Below are positions 60,346-64,000 of a stretch of DNA of 64,000 nucleotides, one piece after another (position 1 is the first letter of the stretch; each line of letters begins with the position of its first letter). The notes beneath the pieces were generated by a model. It did no database searches. It worked only from the letters and a program-made list of their open reading frames with translations, and was not told the origin of the DNA. Location of the stretch: NCBI GenBank assembly GCA_036788835.1, contig DAIQMR010000007.1:14096-78095 (forward strand), given 5' to 3'. Source of the stretch: Acidaminococcaceae bacterium (GTDB lineage Bacteria; Bacillota; Negativicutes; Acidaminococcales; Acidaminococcaceae). The position numbers and the translations under genes were made by a program.

Positions 60346-60423
60346 CGGTAGGTCGGCAGTTCGAATCTGCTCGGGAGCACCACATAAGTATGCGCCTTTA
60401 GGAGAAATCCTAAAGGCGCTTTT
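60346..60423 (+). repeat. Direct repeat 3: diverged copy of the tRNA-Arg 3' end plus its terminator
   Basis: cggtaggtcggcagttcgaatctgcTcgggaGcacca (2 substitutions), followed by a near-identical terminator hairpin gcgcctttagga-gaaa-tcctaaaggcgc at 60392-60423. Confidence 0.85.
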
Positions 60424-60432
60424 ATGACCTTA

Positions 60433-60479
60433 CACGCCGCACACTCGTGACTTCAGCCGTGAGTTAGGCGTGCTTTTTT
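60433..60479 (+). terminator. Terminator-like composite hairpin
   Basis: The outer stem cacgcc/ggcgtg encloses ctcgtgacttcagccgtgag and is followed by tttttt. Confidence 0.55.
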
Positions 60480-60538
60480 GTGTGCATAACGTGTGTGCAT
60501 ATGTCATTTTAAATATCTGAATAAATCAGTATAGTTAC

Positions 60539-60567
60539 TTGCTATTAGCATATGCGTATGTTAAAAT
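60539..60567 (+). promoter_or_regulatory. Candidate promoter of the lyase-transporter pair
   Basis: TTGCTA (60539-60544), a 17-nt spacer, then TAAAAT (60562-60567). This leaves a ~230-nt leader. Confidence 0.4.
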
Positions 60568-60803
60568 AAAACTGCAAGCTATTTAAAAATGTAAGTTTTG
60601 TGAGCTACTAATAATGAAACGCACAAAACATCCTTTATTAAACTACCGTAGGAACTACGGGAAGTAACGCTTGCGGAGACGGTGTAAGACGCATGAGCTT
60701 GTGCTATGCGCAGTCGTCAGCGAAGCAAGAATACCGCGACTTCAGTCGTGGGGGGTTCAAAAAGTAACAAGAAAATAATACAAACAGAAAGGAAAGAAAA
60801 TTT

Positions 60804-62453
60804 ATGAAAAAGTACCAGTTGAATGTACCCACACCCCATCGTTTTACCTTTGCTGTCCGCCATATTCCCAGTGTGACAGTGGAACAAAGAGAAAGAGTCC
60901 TAAAAGCCACCCACTACAATGAATTTGCGTTTCCATCCGGCATGCTGACCATAGACATGCTTTCAGATTCCGGAACAACAGCCATGACCAATACTCAGTG
61001 GGCTTCCATGTTTCTGGGAGATGAAGCATATGGCCGCAATACAGGTTATTATGTGCTGCTCGATACCTTCCGGGATATTTTTGAACGGGGCGGCGAGAAG
61101 CATTGGCACAAAGCCTTGGATTTGGTAAGAACTGATTGCCGAGATGTTGAAAAGATGATGAAAGAACTTTATCTTTGTGAATATGAAGGCGGTTTTTTCA
61201 ATGGCGGCAGTAAGCAAATGGAACGTCCCAATGCCTTCATTATCCAACAGGGACGGGCCGCCGAATCTGTTTTAATGGAAATCGTCAAGAACATCTTGAA
61301 CCGCAGAGAACCAGGCAGGAAATATATCATTCCGTCCAATGGACATTTCGACACCACCGAAGGAAATATAAAACAGATGGGTTCCATTCCGAGAAACTTG
61401 TATAATAGAAAGCTATTATGGGAAGTCCCGACAGGCGGGTGCTATAAAAAGAATCCCTTTAAAGGCAATATGGATATGGAAAAATTGGATCAGCTGATTC
61501 AAAATTCCGGCCCGGAAAATGTGCCTCTTGTGTTCTGCTGCATCACGAATAATCCTGTTTGCGGGCAGCCCGTTTCTATGGAAAACCTGAAAGAAATAAA
61601 CCGGGTTGCCCACAAATATAATATTCCTGTTGTCTTTGATGCTGCCAGGTGGGCCGAAAATGCTTACTTTATCAAGATGAACGAAAGTGGTTACGAGGAT
61701 AAATCCATTGGGGAAATCACCACGGAAATGTTCAGCTATTGTGATGTGTTCGCCATGTCTGCCAAGAAGAACGGTCATTCAAATATGGGCGGCATGTTGG
61801 CATTCAGGGATCAAGGTTTGTTTTGGAAAAAATTCTCGGATTTTGCCGAGGATGGGACCATCAAAACTGACGTGGGCGTGTTGCTGAAAGTAAAACAAAT
61901 CTCCTGCTATGGAAACGATTCTTACGGCGGTATGTCCGGTCATGATATCATGGCACTAGCTACGGGCCTATACGAAGAGTGCAATTTTGACTATCAGCAG
62001 GAAAGAGTAGAGCAAGTGGAATACCTAGCACAAGGTTTCTATAATGCGGGTGTAAAGGGCGTAGTGCTTCCTGTCGGTGGTCATGCAGTATATATCAATA
62101 TGGATGAATTTTTTGCTGGCAAGAGAAGTCATGAATCTTTTGCCGGTGCAGGATTTGCCTTGGAATTAATCCGCCGGTATGGGATTCGCGTGGCTGAATT
62201 AGGCGATTATTCCATGGAATATGATTTGAAGACACCGGAACAACAGGCGGAAGTTTGTAATGTTGTGCGGTTCGCCATCGATAGAAGCCGTCTCAGCAAG
62301 GAGCATTTGGACTATGTTATTGCCGCAGTAAAAGAATTATATGATGACAGGGCAACCATTCCCAACATGAAAATAACCTGGGGGGAAAAATTGCCAATGC
62401 GCCATTTCCACGCTTTTCTTGAACCCTACGCTCCCACAGACGCAGAAAAATAG
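60804..62453 (+). CDS. Beta-eliminating lyase family protein (long-form tryptophanase / tyrosine phenol-lyase-like)
   Basis: 549 aa with MLSDSGTTAMT, GDEAYG, the PLP-lysine region FAMSAKKNGHSNMGG, and RFAIDRSRLSKEHLDYV matching the TnaA/TPL C-terminal motif. Confidence 0.85.
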   Translation: MKKYQLNVPTPHRFTFAVRHIPSVTVEQRERVLKATHYNEFAFPSGMLTIDMLSDSGTTAMTNTQWASMFLGDEAYGRNTGYYVLLDTFRDIFERGGEKHWHKALDLVRTDCRDVEKMMKELYLCEYEGGFFNGGSKQMERPNAFIIQQGRAAESVLMEIVKNILNRREPGRKYIIPSNGHFDTTEGNIKQMGSIPRNLYNRKLLWEVPTGGCYKKNPFKGNMDMEKLDQLIQNSGPENVPLVFCCITNNPVCGQPVSMENLKEINRVAHKYNIPVVFDAARWAENAYFIKMNESGYEDKSIGEITTEMFSYCDVFAMSAKKNGHSNMGGMLAFRDQGLFWKKFSDFAEDGTIKTDVGVLLKVKQISCYGNDSYGGMSGHDIMALATGLYEECNFDYQQERVEQVEYLAQGFYNAGVKGVVLPVGGHAVYINMDEFFAGKRSHESFAGAGFALELIRRYGIRVAELGDYSMEYDLKTPEQQAEVCNVVRFAIDRSRLSKEHLDYVIAAVKELYDDRATIPNMKITWGEKLPMRHFHAFLEPYAPTDAEK

Positions 62454-62459
62454 TAAGGA

Positions 62460-62495
62460 GCAGTTTCTTTGATGCGTCAAAGAAACTGCTTTTTT
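62460..62495 (+). terminator. Hairpin with a T-run between the lyase and transporter genes
   Basis: gcagtttctttga-tgcg-tcaaagaaactgc followed by tttttt. Confidence 0.8.
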
Positions 62496-62536
62496 ATACC
62501 CAAATTTCAGATCTAGCACTAGACGAGGAAAACATC

Positions 62537-63886
62537 ATGAAACTAAAAACTACTACGAATGAAGCAAGAGACGGTTTTGCATCAAAATGGGGATTTATTT
62601 TAGCCTGTATCGGCTCGGCAGTTGGCATGGGGAATATATGGAGATTTCCTGTCATGGTTTCCAAATATGGGGGCATGACCTTTGTAATACCTTTTCTGAT
62701 CTTTGTGATTTTAATAGGAGCTACCGGTGTCATTGAGGAGATGTCTTTTGGACGAATTGCCAAGGCCGGACCAATCGGAGCCTTCGGCAAGGCAACAGAA
62801 TTACGCAGCGGCAACAGGAAAAGCGGAGAAATGGTTGGCCTGATCCCGGTCCTTGGTTCTATGGCATTGGCAGTTGGCTATACTTGTGTTGTAGGCTGGG
62901 TTTTCAAGTATACATATATGTCTTTTGCCGGAGAAATCACGGCTATGGAACAGAATATGCAGCAAATTGTGGAGATGTTTTCAACAACGGCAACGATAAT
63001 GGGAAACAATTTTTGGCTTATTGTTGCCTGCCTTGTTTCGTTCCTCATTATGGCACTGGGGATTGCCAGCGGCATTGAAAAGGCGAATAAATTTATGATG
63101 CCGGCCCTTTTTGGCATGTTTGTCCTCTTGCTCTGTTACATTGTTTTCCAAGAGGGAGCAATAGAAGGGTACAGATATATTTTTGCTTTTTCTCCTGAAG
63201 GATTTACAAATCCCCAAGTTTGGATTTATGCCTTTGGACAAGCGTTCTTTAGTCTATCTGTGGCAGGTAGCGGAACGGTAATCTATGGCTCATACTTAAG
63301 TGAGAAGGAAAATGTGAGCGAAGCGGCAAAACATGTGGTCTTTTTCAATATCTTGTCTGCCCTGTTGTCGGCCTGTGTTATCATACCTTCCATAGCGGTA
63401 AGTGGCGGAACCTTATCTTCCGGTGGGCCGGGATTAATGTTCATCCACTTGATCCACGTTTTTAACGGTATGCCGGCGGGACAGCTGGTAGTTATGGTAT
63501 TCTTTGTTTGTGTGCTTTTTGCCGGCGTGAGTTCCTTAATTAATCTATACGAAGCCCCGGTAGCTACCTTACAGGAACAATTTGGCCTTGGTCGTATTCC
63601 GGCCGTATTGGTCATAGGTGTTATTGGCTGCGCATCGGCATTGAGCATACAAGGAATCGTGGCAGAATGGATGGATGTAGTTTCTATCTATATTTGTCCA
63701 TTAGGTGCTTTATTGGCCGGGGTTATGTTTTATTGGGTGGGGGGCAAAGAATTCGCTCTCCAAGCAGTTAACAGGGGGCGCAAGGATTTAATCGGCGCAT
63801 GGTTCTATCCCTTGGGGAAATACGCCTACTGTATAAGTGCCTTGTCAGCCTTACTTATTGGAGCTTTTATGGGCGGTATTGGGTAA
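62537..63886 (+). CDS. Neurotransmitter:sodium symporter (NSS/SNF) family amino-acid transporter
   Basis: 449 aa with the TM1 signature FILACIGSAVGMGNIWRFP and about 11-12 TM segments. Confidence 0.88.
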   Translation: MKLKTTTNEARDGFASKWGFILACIGSAVGMGNIWRFPVMVSKYGGMTFVIPFLIFVILIGATGVIEEMSFGRIAKAGPIGAFGKATELRSGNRKSGEMVGLIPVLGSMALAVGYTCVVGWVFKYTYMSFAGEITAMEQNMQQIVEMFSTTATIMGNNFWLIVACLVSFLIMALGIASGIEKANKFMMPALFGMFVLLLCYIVFQEGAIEGYRYIFAFSPEGFTNPQVWIYAFGQAFFSLSVAGSGTVIYGSYLSEKENVSEAAKHVVFFNILSALLSACVIIPSIAVSGGTLSSGGPGLMFIHLIHVFNGMPAGQLVVMVFFVCVLFAGVSSLINLYEAPVATLQEQFGLGRIPAVLVIGVIGCASALSIQGIVAEWMDVVSIYICPLGALLAGVMFYWVGGKEFALQAVNRGRKDLIGAWFYPLGKYAYCISALSALLIGAFMGGIG

Positions 63887-64000
63887 GGCAAACAAGCAAA
63901 GTTGCTTGCCGGTGTTAAATATTGTATAATTTTTCTGATATATGACGTTTAACTTCATACAATTTTGTGTGTTCATCAGTATTTACGGGTACGTCTTTGG

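Larger units (their letters stand above)
58790..60385 (+). mobile_element. tRNA-Arg-anchored cassette B (no integrase): a second, unrelated AbiE pair
   Basis: It is bounded by direct repeat 2 and the diverged repeat 3 at 60346-60382. Confidence 0.6.

Noticed and set aside
56762-60385. A search for an integrase, recombinase or transposase inside the tRNA-Arg cassettes.
   Set aside because: All sizeable ORFs are accounted for: two AbiEi/AbiEii pairs and the HigB-like remnant. The remaining ORFs (for example 58803-59015 on the minus strand) are short shadows. No recombinase motifs were seen.
60614-60667. A 17-codon uORF (MKRTKHPLLNYRRNYGK) in the lyase leader, considered as a TnaC-like regulatory peptide.
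   Set aside because: It has no RBS and no Trp codon, and the two Tyr codons are weak evidence. It cannot be distinguished from a chance ORF.

Overview
This is an origin-proximal chromosomal window, almost entirely co-oriented on the + strand. It most likely comes from a diderm Firmicute (Negativicutes-like). Three lines of evidence support that: a Bacillus-type origin synteny (dnaN-recF-remB-gyrB ... gyrA ... rpsF-ssb-rpsR-yybS-gdpP-rplI-dnaB), outer-membrane beta-barrel and OmpA-domain genes, and a Selenomonas-type lysine/ornithine decarboxylase. About 1-56 kb is core housekeeping:
- replication genes
- a MurNAc/GlcNAc recycling cluster
- purBA
- a two-component system
- a dedicated ECF transporter
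- murI
- a nine-gene ntp-type V-ATPase operon
- cobB, serS and dinB
- a polyphosphate ppx/ppx/ppk cluster

The accessory part is the last ~8 kb. A tRNA-Arg(CCT) is followed by two tandem cassettes with no integrase. They are delimited by three direct copies of the tRNA 3' end, and each carries a different AbiEi/AbiEii (type IV TA / abortive infection) pair. The first cassette also holds a truncated HigB-like toxin remnant. Next come a REP-like hairpin family and an unusually long tryptophanase/tyrosine-phenol-lyase-like gene paired with an NSS transporter.

Non-coding signals of interest:
- an oriC-like segment upstream of dnaN
- two further tight DnaA-box clusters, one after gyrA and one before tRNA-Arg
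- a ~190-nt structured element after dnaB
- paired 31-bp palindromes upstream of dinB
- five 10-bp phased repeats upstream of the decarboxylase promoter

I saw no CRISPR array, rRNA, transposase or integrase. All protein calls rest on motif and synteny recognition by eye; no database search was run.
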